From Candidatus Nanohaloarchaea archaeon (GTDB lineage: Archaea; Nanohalarchaeota; Nanosalinia; Nanosalinales; Nanosalinaceae), in NCBI GenBank assembly GCA_014297435.1, contig JACOQA010000002.1:64001-128000 (forward strand): a stretch of 64,000 nucleotides of DNA, written 5' to 3'. Below are positions 29,715 through 39,566 of the stretch, piece after piece. Below the pieces are notes generated by a model. It saw nothing but the letters and a program-made list of their open reading frames with translations, made no database searches and was not told where the DNA came from. Numbering within the stretch: position 1 is the stretch's first letter; each line of letters begins with the position of its first letter. The translations under genes and the position numbers were made by a program.

Positions 29715-30848
29715 CTAAGCTGCTTCTCTAACTTTTTCAGCTATTTCTTCCGCCAGCTCCGAATCAAGTGTCTCAGGGACAATCCTGTCCTTTCTAGGTT
29801 CGACAAAGTTTCTGATAGCCTCTGAAGCCGCCAGCTTCATTTCTTCATCTATATCCGAAGCTTCTGCATCTAGAGCTCCTCTGAAAACACCCGGGAAAGC
29901 AAGAGAGTTATTCACCTGGTTATCGAAGTCAGATCTTCCTGTCGCCACGATCTCTGCTCCCGCCTCTTTAGCTTCACTTGGCATAATTTCAGGATCAGGG
30001 TTTGCACAGGCAAAAACTATAGAGTCTTTATTCATACTAGAGACCATTCCTTTCGACACCACTCCGCCAGTTGAAAGCCCTATAAGGACATCAGCGCCCT
30101 CTATCGCATCCTCTAATGTTCCGGATTCCTGTGATGCCTGGGTTCTCTCCGCAAGATCCTGTTTGTATTCGTTTCCCTCATCTGTTCTCAGGATCCCGGA
30201 GGAATCGACAGGAACAATATTTTCCGCTCCAGCATCGAGAAGAATATTTGATACAGCTATTCCTGATGCTCCAGCACCCAGCACAACTATTCTGGAATCG
30301 CTCAAATCCTTTTCGACAATTTCAAGTGCATTTCTCAAGGCGGCAAGCATCACTATGGCGGTACCATGCTGATCATCGTGGAAGACCGGGACATCCATCC
30401 TTCTCTTCAGCTCTTCCTCTATACGGAAACATTCCGGCGAGCTAATATCCTCAAGGTTTACACCTCCCAGCGTAGGTTCAGTTCTTTCAACCGTTTCAAT
30501 AATTTCTTCAGAAGTCTCCGTATCAAGAACTAAAGGAAATGCATCTACGTTTCCAAACTTTTTGAACAGGTTGCATTTTCCTTCCATTACAGGCATCGAT
30601 GCCTCTGGTCCGATATCTCCTAGACCTAGAACAGCTGAACCGTCCGAGACAACGGCCACGAGATTGCCTTTTGTAGTATATTCACGGGCTTTGTCCTTAT
30701 CTTTCGCAATCTCCTTGCATGGTTCAGCAACGCCAGGAGTATAGACAAGGTTAAGATCTTCCTTTGATTCTACATCTACAGCAGATTCGATTGAAATTTT
30801 TCCAGGTTTTCTAGAATGAAGCTCCAGGGCATCCTCTCTGTTGGTCAT
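29715..30848 (-). CDS. NAD(P)-dependent malic enzyme
   Basis: YTPGVAEPC, DGSAVLGLG, VMEGK, FHDDQHGTA, GAGASG, NQVNN. Confidence 0.94.
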   Translation of the reverse strand: MTNREDALELHSRKPGKISIESAVDVESKEDLNLVYTPGVAEPCKEIAKDKDKAREYTTKGNLVAVVSDGSAVLGLGDIGPEASMPVMEGKCNLFKKFGNVDAFPLVLDTETSEEIIETVERTEPTLGGVNLEDISSPECFRIEEELKRRMDVPVFHDDQHGTAIVMLAALRNALEIVEKDLSDSRIVVLGAGASGIAVSNILLDAGAENIVPVDSSGILRTDEGNEYKQDLAERTQASQESGTLEDAIEGADVLIGLSTGGVVSKGMVSSMNKDSIVFACANPDPEIMPSEAKEAGAEIVATGRSDFDNQVNNSLAFPGVFRGALDAEASDIDEEMKLAASEAIRNFVEPRKDRIVPETLDSELAEEIAEKVREAA

Positions 30849-30894
30849 AAACTTAGAGTGCGAGAATGGTTGTTAAATTAGTTCAAGTAACCTT

Positions 30895-32931
30895 TCACTC
30901 AATATCCAAAACTATGTCACTTATGTACAGTTTTCCTTTTCGCAAAATCGCAGGGTTAAGATCGATTTCCTTGATCTCTTCATGCTCCAAAGAAAGATCT
31001 CCAAGACGAACAATAGCTTCCTTCACAGGTTCAAGATCGTGTTTTTCTCCCCTAACACCTTCAAACAGTTCAGAACTTTCTAATTCTTCTATCATTCTTT
31101 CTGCTTCCTCCTCGGCAAAAGGCGGTATTCCGAAGGAGACATCGTTTAAAGCTTCTATGTAGATCCCACCCAGACCTACCATTATCATCGGTCCAAACTG
31201 CGGATCCCGTTTCATACCTAGAGCAACTTCCAAACCATCAAGCTCTTCCTGTACCTGTATGCCCCTAATCTCAGATCCTGAAGAATTAACGTGTACGTTG
31301 TTCATGATCTCTCTAAATCCATCTTTCACGTCTTGTTTTGATTCGACGCCTGTTACGACCCCCCCAACATCTGTCTTATGGTCTATGTCAGGAGAATCAA
31401 CTTTGAGCACAACTGGAAAACCAACGCCTTGAGCAGCTTCAACGCCTTCAAAGGGAGTTTCAGCTACTTCAGTCAAAGCAATATCAAAGCCATGTGCTTC
31501 GAATAATTTTTCAGCGTCTTCGTAACTCGAATAATCCTTTAAAGCAGTTTCAGCCTTATCTAAGTCGTATTCTAAATCTAGACTAGTCTCTTCTTTCTCA
31601 AGAAATTCTTTGTATTTTTTCATGGCTTTCAGCGCCTTTACTGCGTCTTTAGGATCCTCGAATTCTGGAACCTGGTTTTCTTCAAGCATTCTTTTTCCTT
31701 TCATGACGTCCTGTTCGCCCATGAAACATGCGAAAACTGGTTTATCCGATTCCTGATCGGCTTTGATAACTGTTTTAGCAGTCTTCTTAATCTCAGTGTT
31801 GGCTTGAGGAGTAAGCAGAACCAATGCGGCATCGACTTCTTCATCTTTTAGAGCCGATTCAAGTGCTTTTCTGTAAAGCGTATGTCCTGCATCGCCTATT
31901 ACATCTAGAGGGTTGTGAGCCTTCGCCTCTTCGGGCAGAAAATCTCTCATTTCCCTTTTAGTATCACCTGTAAACTCAGCTAATTCTAAACCATTTTCAG
32001 ATATTTCATCTGTGGCTATTACCCCTGGTCCGCCCGCATTAGTTATAATAGCGACTTTCCCGCCTTCAGGTAGAGGCTGGTAGTTGAAGCTTCTCCCCAA
32101 GTCGAGTAATTCCCGGTTTGATTCCGCCTCAATAATACCTGCTTTCCGGAAAGCTGCTTTGTAGGCTTCATAGCTTCCGGCTATACTTCCTGTGTGTGAG
32201 GATGCGGCACCGCCACCTTGCTCCGTTCTACCGGATTTAACCACCACTATAGGTTTCTCTTCAGACGTTTTCTTTGCTTCTTCGATAAATTCCCTGCCGT
32301 TATCTATTCCTTCAGTGTAGGAAAGAATCGTTTCTGTATCGTCTTCCCGCCATTTTTGAAGCAGGTCGACCTCATTTATCATGGCTTTATTTCCTAGAGA
32401 TACGAAGTGTCGGAAACCTATATGCTCGGCTTTAGCGTAATCAAGTATTGCCGTGCAGAAAGCTCCGCTCTGAGACATGAAGCTTATCGAACCACTTTCA
32501 GGCATCTTTGACGCAAAACTGGCGTTCATCGAGTTCTCTGTATTGATTAAACCCAGGACATTAGGTCCAAGAAGTGCTATACCGTTTTCCTCGGCTTTTT
32601 CCACTATCTGTTTTTCAAGATCTTCTTTCCCGGTTTCTGAGAACCCTGCGGAAATAACTATTACTGCTTCGACATCTTTCTCTGCGCAGTCGTCTATAAC
32701 ATTAGGAACAATCTTTCCAGGAACCACTACAACTGCTAGATCCATGCCTTGCGGTATTTCGTCTAAAGCCTCTTCTCCATCAACTTCTTCCGCGTTCGGG
32801 TTAACAGGTACTACCTTTCCTTCGAATCCGTGTAGAAGGTTTTCGAACACTTCGTGGCCCGTTTTTCCGTCGTCTCTTGACGCGCCGACTACCGCCACTT
32901 TTTCTGGTTTGAACAGTTTTTCCAGATTCAC
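30895..32931 (-). CDS. ADP-forming acetate--CoA ligase (fused alpha/beta ACD)
   Basis: VAVVGAS, LGPNVLG, SQSGA, SHTGS phospho-His, C-terminal ATP-grasp HKTDVGGV; start probably GTG at 32931. Confidence 0.92.
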   Translation of the reverse strand: MNLEKLFKPEKVAVVGASRDDGKTGHEVFENLLHGFEGKVVPVNPNAEEVDGEEALDEIPQGMDLAVVVVPGKIVPNVIDDCAEKDVEAVIVISAGFSETGKEDLEKQIVEKAEENGIALLGPNVLGLINTENSMNASFASKMPESGSISFMSQSGAFCTAILDYAKAEHIGFRHFVSLGNKAMINEVDLLQKWREDDTETILSYTEGIDNGREFIEEAKKTSEEKPIVVVKSGRTEQGGGAASSHTGSIAGSYEAYKAAFRKAGIIEAESNRELLDLGRSFNYQPLPEGGKVAIITNAGGPGVIATDEISENGLELAEFTGDTKREMRDFLPEEAKAHNPLDVIGDAGHTLYRKALESALKDEEVDAALVLLTPQANTEIKKTAKTVIKADQESDKPVFACFMGEQDVMKGKRMLEENQVPEFEDPKDAVKALKAMKKYKEFLEKEETSLDLEYDLDKAETALKDYSSYEDAEKLFEAHGFDIALTEVAETPFEGVEAAQGVGFPVVLKVDSPDIDHKTDVGGVVTGVESKQDVKDGFREIMNNVHVNSSGSEIRGIQVQEELDGLEVALGMKRDPQFGPMIMVGLGGIYIEALNDVSFGIPPFAEEEAERMIEELESSELFEGVRGEKHDLEPVKEAIVRLGDLSLEHEEIKEIDLNPAILRKGKLYISDIVLDIE

Positions 32932-33028
32932 AAGTTTTAGTTGTCGAAAGCCGTTATTTAGGTTGTTGACTTCACCGAAAGGTCGCAAACAATTCTTTAT
33001 ATTCAGGGCGTGGCGAAACTCAAACATA

Positions 33029-34078
33029 ATGTCCAGAAAACAGGTTTATTCAGGCGAAGTCGAGCGTATCGAGGTAATGAACGCGGATGAAACCTCCGAT
33101 CTCGATGAAGAAGACCTAAAACAGCTCTACAAACAGATGGTTCTTGCCAGAAAGTTCGACGAGAAAGCGTTCTCACTCCAGAGAAGAGGAGAAATATCTA
33201 CCTACGCACCACATAAAGGGCAGGAAGCTGCACAGATCGGCGCCATGTTTGCTTTAAACGAGGATGACTGGATGGTTCCTTCTTTCAGGGAAACAGCAGC
33301 TTTTATCGCAAGAGGCGCACCCCTGGACAAGATTTTTCAGCGCTGGATGGGAGATGCAAATGGACAGAAAGATCTCAGCGATATGAATACTTTGCCTGTC
33401 GCCATACCTGTCGGAACACAGAATCTTCATACTGCAGGAATCGGTATGGCAATGAAAAACAAAGGAGACGAAAACGCAGTACTGGGATTTACAGGCGACG
33501 GAAGCACCTCTCAAGGAGACTTCCATGAATCATTAAACTTCTCAGGAGTCTACTCAGGACACGCAGTATTCTTCGTACAAAATAACCAGTACGCAATTTC
33601 TCTTCCAAGAGAAAAACAGACAAGATCAGAAACAATAGCACAGAAAGCACTCGCCTATGGAATAGACGGAATACAAGTCGATGGAAACGATATTTTAGCT
33701 GTAATCGAAGCCACAAAAGAAGCATTGGAGAAAGCAAGAAACGGCGAACCTGTATTAGTTGAGGCAGAGACCTATAGACTTGAAGATCATACAACCAGCG
33801 ATGACTCCACCCGTTACAGAGACGACGAAGAGGTAGAGGAATGGAAAGAGAAGGATCCTTTGAAGAGATTCCGTGAATATCTGAAAGAAAACGATATCTG
33901 GACTGAAGAACTCGAGAAATACGGAGAAGAAGCCGAAGAGAAAGTCAACGAAGCAGCGAACAAGGCGATTGAAGCCGAAGAACCCGAGTTCGACGAGCTG
34001 TTCGACTACGTCTACGACGAGATGCCTGAGACCTTAAAGAAAGAAAAACAGGCACTAAAGGAGGAGATTAATCAATGA
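33029..34078 (+). CDS. pdhA: Pyruvate (2-oxoacid) dehydrogenase E1 alpha
   Basis: GQEA, TPP motif GDGSTSQGD...NNQYAIS, HTTSDD; start at MSRKQ (33029). Confidence 0.94.
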   Translation: MSRKQVYSGEVERIEVMNADETSDLDEEDLKQLYKQMVLARKFDEKAFSLQRRGEISTYAPHKGQEAAQIGAMFALNEDDWMVPSFRETAAFIARGAPLDKIFQRWMGDANGQKDLSDMNTLPVAIPVGTQNLHTAGIGMAMKNKGDENAVLGFTGDGSTSQGDFHESLNFSGVYSGHAVFFVQNNQYAISLPREKQTRSETIAQKALAYGIDGIQVDGNDILAVIEATKEALEKARNGEPVLVEAETYRLEDHTTSDDSTRYRDDEEVEEWKEKDPLKRFREYLKENDIWTEELEKYGEEAEEKVNEAANKAIEAEEPEFDELFDYVYDEMPETLKKEKQALKEEINQ

Positions 34079-34374
34079 ACTTAGAAAAAATTAGAACCAA
34101 AGAGTTCCTAAAACCAAGCAAAATCGATTTTCTTATATCGGCAGTCGTGCTTATAATTCTAACAGCAAGCTACACGACCTTTGACCCCACTTATGAGATA
34201 GGTTCTAAAATTAATTTTCTTGGTCATGAGCTATTCGTAGGGATATGTCCTGTCGGAAATTCATGCTCCGGAGGTTACAGCCTACAATCTGTGCTAATAC
34301 TTTCTACCAGCATAATTCTATCCTATCTAATCACCAAAACAGCATTAGCCGGATACAACAGAGGTAGAAAATAA
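34075..34374 (+). CDS. Small two-helix membrane protein inserted in the pdh operon
   Basis: ATGA and TAATG overlaps with the flanking genes; CPVGNSC loop between two hydrophobic helices. Confidence 0.7.
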   Translation: MNLEKIRTKEFLKPSKIDFLISAVVLIILTASYTTFDPTYEIGSKINFLGHELFVGICPVGNSCSGGYSLQSVLILSTSIILSYLITKTALAGYNRGRK

Positions 34375-35342
34375 TGGGCGAAAAGATGAATATTGTCGAA
34401 GCTGTAAACGCAGCACTCGAAGACGAAATGGAAGAAGATGAAGACGTGATCGCTTATGGCGAAGACGTCGGGAAAGACGGCGGAGTCTTCAGAGCCACAA
34501 AAGGTTTACAGGAAGAGTTTGGAGAGGACAGATGTTTCTCTTCGCCTCTCGCAGAGTCAGGCATAGCCGGAACCGCGATAGGCATGAGTCTATACGGCTT
34601 CAGACCTGTCGTTGAGATGCAGTTCTCCGGTTTCTCCTACCTAGCATTCTACCAGATCAAAGAACACGCAGCAAGATTCAGGATAAGAAGTAGAGGCGAT
34701 TATAACGTACCTCTTACGGTTAGGGCGCCTTACGGAGGTGGTATTAACGCATTAGAGCACCACCAGGAAAGCCCGGAAGCCTTCTTCGCACATTCACAAG
34801 GACTACATGTCGTAATTCCAAGCACGCCTCAGGACACATACTCCCTGCTAAGAAAATCCATTCAAATGGATGACCCGGTTGTTTTCTTAGAGCCTAAGAA
34901 GACTTACAGAGCGTTTAAAGAAGAAGTTGACAGGGAGAAAGAAGTTGAACTGGAAGAATCAAGAATTGTCCAAGAAGGAGACGATGTTACTTTGATCGCT
35001 TGGGGAGCCATGGTTCCTGTAGCAGAAGATGCAGCAGATGAAATTGATGCTTCTGTCGAGATCGTGGATCCGAGAACTATCTATCCTACGGACTTCGATA
35101 CCATTATTGAGTCTGTTAAGAAGACAGGTCGGGCGATGGTTCTACATGAAGCGCCTAAATCAGCAGGTTTCGGCGCCGAGATAAGCTCACGAATACAGGA
35201 AAACGCTATATTGAATATGGAAGCTCCTGTAAAGCGTGTTACCGCGCCCGACGTACCTTACCCTCTCTACACCTTAGAAGATTTCTACATGCCTAACAAA
35301 AAGCGAGCAGTAACCGGTTTAAAAGAAGTTCTGGAGTTCTAA
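34374..35342 (+). CDS. pdhB: Pyruvate dehydrogenase E1 beta
   Basis: GEDVGKDGGVFRAT, PLAESGI, EMQF, EHHQESPE. Confidence 0.95.
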   Translation: MGEKMNIVEAVNAALEDEMEEDEDVIAYGEDVGKDGGVFRATKGLQEEFGEDRCFSSPLAESGIAGTAIGMSLYGFRPVVEMQFSGFSYLAFYQIKEHAARFRIRSRGDYNVPLTVRAPYGGGINALEHHQESPEAFFAHSQGLHVVIPSTPQDTYSLLRKSIQMDDPVVFLEPKKTYRAFKEEVDREKEVELEESRIVQEGDDVTLIAWGAMVPVAEDAADEIDASVEIVDPRTIYPTDFDTIIESVKKTGRAMVLHEAPKSAGFGAEISSRIQENAILNMEAPVKRVTAPDVPYPLYTLEDFYMPNKKRAVTGLKEVLEF

Positions 35343-36704
35343 ATGAGCCTCGAGTTTGAATTTCCGGATACAGGAGAAGGCGTGACAGAAGGAAAGTTCC
35401 TGGAATGGTTGGTCGATGAAGAAGAAACTGTAGAGGAAGATCAAACTGTTGCAGAGGTTGAAACTGATAAAGCTGTTGTAGACGTTCCTGCGCCCGTAGA
35501 TGGAGAAGTAGAAGAGTTAAAGGTGAGTCCTGGCGATAAAGTGGGAGTCGGCGAAGTCATAATGATAATCGAACCCGCAGATTACGAAGAAACCGAAGAG
35601 AAAGAAGATGGCGAGGAAGAAGAAAGCACTGAAGAAGTTCAGGAAGTCAGCCATACCAGCTCAGATTCTGGCATAATGGCGCTTCCGAAGGTCAGAAAGC
35701 TGGCTGAAGAGAAAGGAGTCGATCTAGATTCTATTAAAAAAGGGGAGAGAATTACAGAGGAAGATGTTCTGGAAGCCGCTCAAGATTCGACAAGTAAGGA
35801 AACGCAAAGCGACAAATCCGAGACCGGATCAGATTCGTCTCCTGCTGGTGTGCAGGCAACTCCTTCCGTGAGAAAACTGGCAAGAGAAAAAGAAATCGAT
35901 ATAGACAAAGTTGAAGGATCTGGTAGAGGTGGAAAGGTTACAAGAGAAGACCTACTCAATCATGAAGAAAGCTCAGATAGTAAAAAGAAGAAAAGAAAGG
36001 TCGAAGAAGGAGAGGGCGACGTTAGGGAAGAGCTTTCAGGAACCCGAAAGATGATTGCTGAAAGGATGGAGGAGTCGAAGTTCTCCGCACCTCACGTGAC
36101 GCACGTCGATACTGCCGATGTTACAGACTTAGTTAATTTGAGGGAGCGGGTTCGGGAAGATGTAGATGTTCACCTGACCTACATGCCCTTTATTCTGAAA
36201 GCCGCACAGAAAGCTCTCGAAGAGTACCCTGAGTTAAATGCGGAGCTTGATGAGGAGGAAGATGAGCTAGTTTTAAAGAAGAACTTCGATTTCAACATGG
36301 CAGTCGATACGGAACGAGGATTAATGATTCCGTTACTGGAAGATGTTGACGAGAAAAGCGTACTCGAGCTTGCAGAGTCCGTAGGAGATATGGCGGCAGA
36401 GGCAAAGAAAGGAGATCTTTCGCCTGAAGAAATGGAGAACGGGACTTTCTCCGTAACCAATTTAGGGGTTATCGGCGGGGAAGAGTTCACTCCTATAATT
36501 AATTATCCGCAGACCGCTATACTCGGCGTTGGGAAGATACAGGAAACTGCCGAGGTAGTTGATGGAGAAGTAGTTCCAAGAAGCACTGTAAAGCTCTCAG
36601 TTAGTTACGATCACCGGGTTGTCGATGGCGCGACAGCTGCACGTTTCACAAACAAGGTAATCGAAAAACTAGAGAATCCGGAAAAAATGCTACTGGAGGA
36701 GTAA
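35343..36704 (+). CDS. pdhC: Dihydrolipoamide acyltransferase E2
   Basis: Lipoyl ETDKA, two peripheral-subunit-binding repeats, catalytic DHRVVDG. Confidence 0.95.
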   Translation: MSLEFEFPDTGEGVTEGKFLEWLVDEEETVEEDQTVAEVETDKAVVDVPAPVDGEVEELKVSPGDKVGVGEVIMIIEPADYEETEEKEDGEEEESTEEVQEVSHTSSDSGIMALPKVRKLAEEKGVDLDSIKKGERITEEDVLEAAQDSTSKETQSDKSETGSDSSPAGVQATPSVRKLAREKEIDIDKVEGSGRGGKVTREDLLNHEESSDSKKKKRKVEEGEGDVREELSGTRKMIAERMEESKFSAPHVTHVDTADVTDLVNLRERVREDVDVHLTYMPFILKAAQKALEEYPELNAELDEEEDELVLKKNFDFNMAVDTERGLMIPLLEDVDEKSVLELAESVGDMAAEAKKGDLSPEEMENGTFSVTNLGVIGGEEFTPIINYPQTAILGVGKIQETAEVVDGEVVPRSTVKLSVSYDHRVVDGATAARFTNKVIEKLENPEKMLLEE

Positions 36705-36707
36705 AAA

Positions 36708-38117
36708 ATGGTTGTAGGAGACATAGAACAAGGCTGCGATCTTCTCGTAATAGGCGCGGGACCTGGAGGATATACAGCAGCTATAAGAGCAGCTCAAGAA
36801 GGGCAAGAAGTCGTTGTAGTCGATAAAGAAGAGTTAGGCGGCATCTGTCTTAACCACGGATGTATTCCGGCAAAAGCACTTATCCATTCCGCAGGATTCC
36901 AGTCAAGCATCAAGCACTGGAACAGCATTGGAATTCATACGAACGATCTTGAAGTCGACTTCGAAGAGATACAGGAGTGGAAAAACACCGTTGTTGAAAG
37001 ACTTGATTCCGGTATTGAACAGCTCTTCAATAAACACGGAATCGAGTTCAAGAAAGGCGAAGCATTCTTCCAAGACTCAAACACTGTAAGAATTGAAATG
37101 GAACATAATGCAGAGACCATAAAGTTCGATAAAGCTGTAATCGCAACAGGCTCTCAACCTATCGAACTTCCTGGCTTCGAGTTCGAAAAAGACCGAGTTA
37201 TCTCCTCAAGAGAGCTACTGGAGCTCGAAGAAGTGCCTGATGAGATAGTTGTTATAGGTGGCGGTTATATCGGTATGGAGGCAGTCACAAAATTCTGCAA
37301 GTTCGGCGCAACAGTAAAAGTAGTCGAGGCAAGAGAAAAAGTTCTGCCGGTCTTCGACAGAGAGCTCGTAGACGAAATACAGGAAGTCTCCGGGTGTTAC
37401 AACGATGAAATCTATACTAACGCAAAGGCAAAAGAGCTGAAGTATGAGGACGGCAAACCTGTTGTAGTAGCCGATCAAGACGGAGAAGATTTGGAAGTTT
37501 CAGGCAATTATGTTCTTGTTGCTGTCGGCAGAACTCCCGAACCGGGACTAAACTCCCTGAACCTAGAGAACACAGAAATCGAAATTAATGATAACGGCTT
37601 TGTTGAAGTCGACAAACAGATGAGAACCTCAGACCAAGATATATTCGCTGTCGGCGATATTGCCGGTCAACCGCTTTTAGCGCATAAAGCGTACAGAGAG
37701 GGCAAAGTTGCAGGAGATGCGGCATCTGGAAAGCCAGCGGCATTTGACAATAACTACATACCGAAAGTGGTCTACACCGATCCAGAACTGGCATCAGCCG
37801 GTCTAAATCCTGAAGAAGCAAGGGAAAAACATGGAAAAATTAAGGTCGGTCGATTTGACTTCTCCAACTCAGGAAGATCTCTAACCACACACCAGGAAGA
37901 CGGTTTTTGCCGGGTTGTGGCATCCGAGGAAGGAAAGATTCTAGGCGCCCAGATAGTAGGTCCTCGTGCCTCAGATATGATTGCAGAGGCAACCTTAGCG
38001 CTTGAAATGGGTGCATACGTCGATGACGTTGCGAACACGATCCATGCACACCCAACTTTCCCAGAAGTTTTCCAAGAGGCGTGTGAAGACGTAGATAATA
38101 GAAGTGTACACACCTAA
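36708..38117 (+). CDS. lpdA: Dihydrolipoamide dehydrogenase E3
   Basis: GAGPGGY, GGICLNHGCIP, LAHKA, HAHPT. Confidence 0.96.
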   Translation: MVVGDIEQGCDLLVIGAGPGGYTAAIRAAQEGQEVVVVDKEELGGICLNHGCIPAKALIHSAGFQSSIKHWNSIGIHTNDLEVDFEEIQEWKNTVVERLDSGIEQLFNKHGIEFKKGEAFFQDSNTVRIEMEHNAETIKFDKAVIATGSQPIELPGFEFEKDRVISSRELLELEEVPDEIVVIGGGYIGMEAVTKFCKFGATVKVVEAREKVLPVFDRELVDEIQEVSGCYNDEIYTNAKAKELKYEDGKPVVVADQDGEDLEVSGNYVLVAVGRTPEPGLNSLNLENTEIEINDNGFVEVDKQMRTSDQDIFAVGDIAGQPLLAHKAYREGKVAGDAASGKPAAFDNNYIPKVVYTDPELASAGLNPEEAREKHGKIKVGRFDFSNSGRSLTTHQEDGFCRVVASEEGKILGAQIVGPRASDMIAEATLALEMGAYVDDVANTIHAHPTFPEVFQEACEDVDNRSVHT

Positions 38118-38154
38118 CCATTTTTAATCAATCTTACACACCAAAGATTAAGGT

Positions 38155-38455
38155 ATGGACTGGCACACGAAACCTGTCAAAGACGTATTCTCGAAGCTGG
38201 AGACCTCAGAAGACGTTCTGGATCAGAGGAAGCAGATTGAAGACATGAGGAAAACGGAGAGAATGTAATCAGAAGCGAACAGGATATTCTCCACTGAAAA
38301 TACTTTTAAGCCAGTTTCAAGATGCCCTAATCTATATACTTATACTTGCAGCCCTCCTGTCTCTGGCAGTTGGCTTTCTTCCCGGTCACGAACCAGAATA
38401 TGTTGACGCTGCGTTAATACTACTTATACTTGCTGCAAACGGAACATTCGGATAA
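38155..38455 (+). pseudogene. Frameshifted N-terminal remnant of a cation-transporting P-type ATPase
   Basis: MDWHTKPVKDVFSKLETSE...GENVI...LLSQFQDALIYILILAALLS...DAALILLILAANGTFG across shifted frames, then a stop. Confidence 0.75.
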
Positions 38456-38465
38456 AGGTGAAAAA

Positions 38466-38738
38466 ATGAAGATAATTAACAAGGATGGCGAAAAAGAAGA
38501 GTTCTAGGACGACAAACTGTTCAACTCCGTCTATTATCCAGGACTTGAAGCAGAGCTAAGCGACGAAGAAGTAACTGATATAGCTGAAAAAGTTGTCTGG
38601 GAGGTCAAAGCTTGGATGTCTGAGCACGAGGACAAGATATTTTCGTCAAGCGAGATTGAAGAACGAACAAGAAAAATCCTGGACAGGGAAAACGAGGATG
38701 TCGAACTTCTCTACCGGACTCACCTAGACGTTAACTAA
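38466..38738 (+). pseudogene. Stand-alone ATP-cone-like protein interrupted by an in-frame TAG
   Basis: MKIINKDGEKEEF*DDKLFNSV...SSSEIEE...LLY; GGTGA ribosome-binding site; TAG at 38505-38507. Confidence 0.65.
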
Positions 38739-38771
38739 CCTATTTAAGCCCCGAGCACTCGACGTAAACAT

Positions 38772-39566
38772 ATGACCGAGTGCGAATTCTGCGGAGAAGA
38801 CTTCGATTCAGAACTCAAGCTTCAAGCCCACTGGCGTGAGCACGAAGATGAGCTAAACTCCCACCAAGAAGAGAAAGTAAAGAAAGCGGAAAGAAAACTT
38901 GAGGAGAAAAAACAGCAAAAGAATGCCGAGAGAAAAAGAATGCTTGGATACTTCACCGCAGGAGGAGCCGCACTTGCACTTGTAATCGCTGTAGGACTTC
39001 AGTTGATGAGCAGTCCTGCAGGTAAACAGGCTGACGGTTTGAACCTTGAAGGAGAGCCTATGATGGGCAGCCCTGATGCTAACGTTACTGTCGTGGAGTT
39101 CGGCGACTTTCAGTGCCCTGCATGCAGAAGCTTCGAGGCACAGAGCTTCTCAAGAATAAAACAGGAATATATTGATACCGGCAAGGTCAAGTTCTACTGG
39201 AAGGACTACCCTCTTACACAGATCCATCCCTGGGCTCAATCCGGAGCAGAAGCCATGGAATGCGTCAACAGACAGAACCAAACAGCCTTCTGGGACGTAA
39301 AAGACACATTATTCAGAAACCAGGGCACACTTAGCCAGAGTAACGCACATTCACAGATAACCGACTGGGCCGTAGAGGAAGGGGTAAATCGTTCGGATAT
39401 GAACGCTTGTTTGAATAACGGAGAAGCCTTGAGCGAGGTAAACCAGGACATCAGCGATGGACAGAGCAATAGCGTTACTTCGACACCTACAGTGTTCGTG
39501 AACGGCAAATCCGTCAGAAACAGCTACTCAAGCATTAAAGCAGCAATCGAACAACAGCTAAGATGA
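38772..39566 (+). CDS. Second DsbA-like oxidoreductase with an N-terminal C2H2 zinc finger
   Basis: CEFC-x12-HWREH, transmembrane helix, DFQCPAC, VTSTPT. Confidence 0.88.
   Translation: MTECEFCGEDFDSELKLQAHWREHEDELNSHQEEKVKKAERKLEEKKQQKNAERKRMLGYFTAGGAALALVIAVGLQLMSSPAGKQADGLNLEGEPMMGSPDANVTVVEFGDFQCPACRSFEAQSFSRIKQEYIDTGKVKFYWKDYPLTQIHPWAQSGAEAMECVNRQNQTAFWDVKDTLFRNQGTLSQSNAHSQITDWAVEEGVNRSDMNACLNNGEALSEVNQDISDGQSNSVTSTPTVFVNGKSVRNSYSSIKAAIEQQLR

Noticed and set aside
32477-33028. Long N-terminal extensions of pdhA (from 32477), ACD (from 33027) and rtcA (from 8006) in the ORF track
   Set aside because: They overlap divergent genes and precede the family-typical N-termini; starts were reassigned
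17910-38507. Amber (TAG) recoding suggested by two in-frame TAGs (17910 and 38505)
   Set aside because: Intact genes such as topA end in TAG, both loci have other lesions nearby, and no pyrrolysine genes are visible; pseudogenisation is simpler
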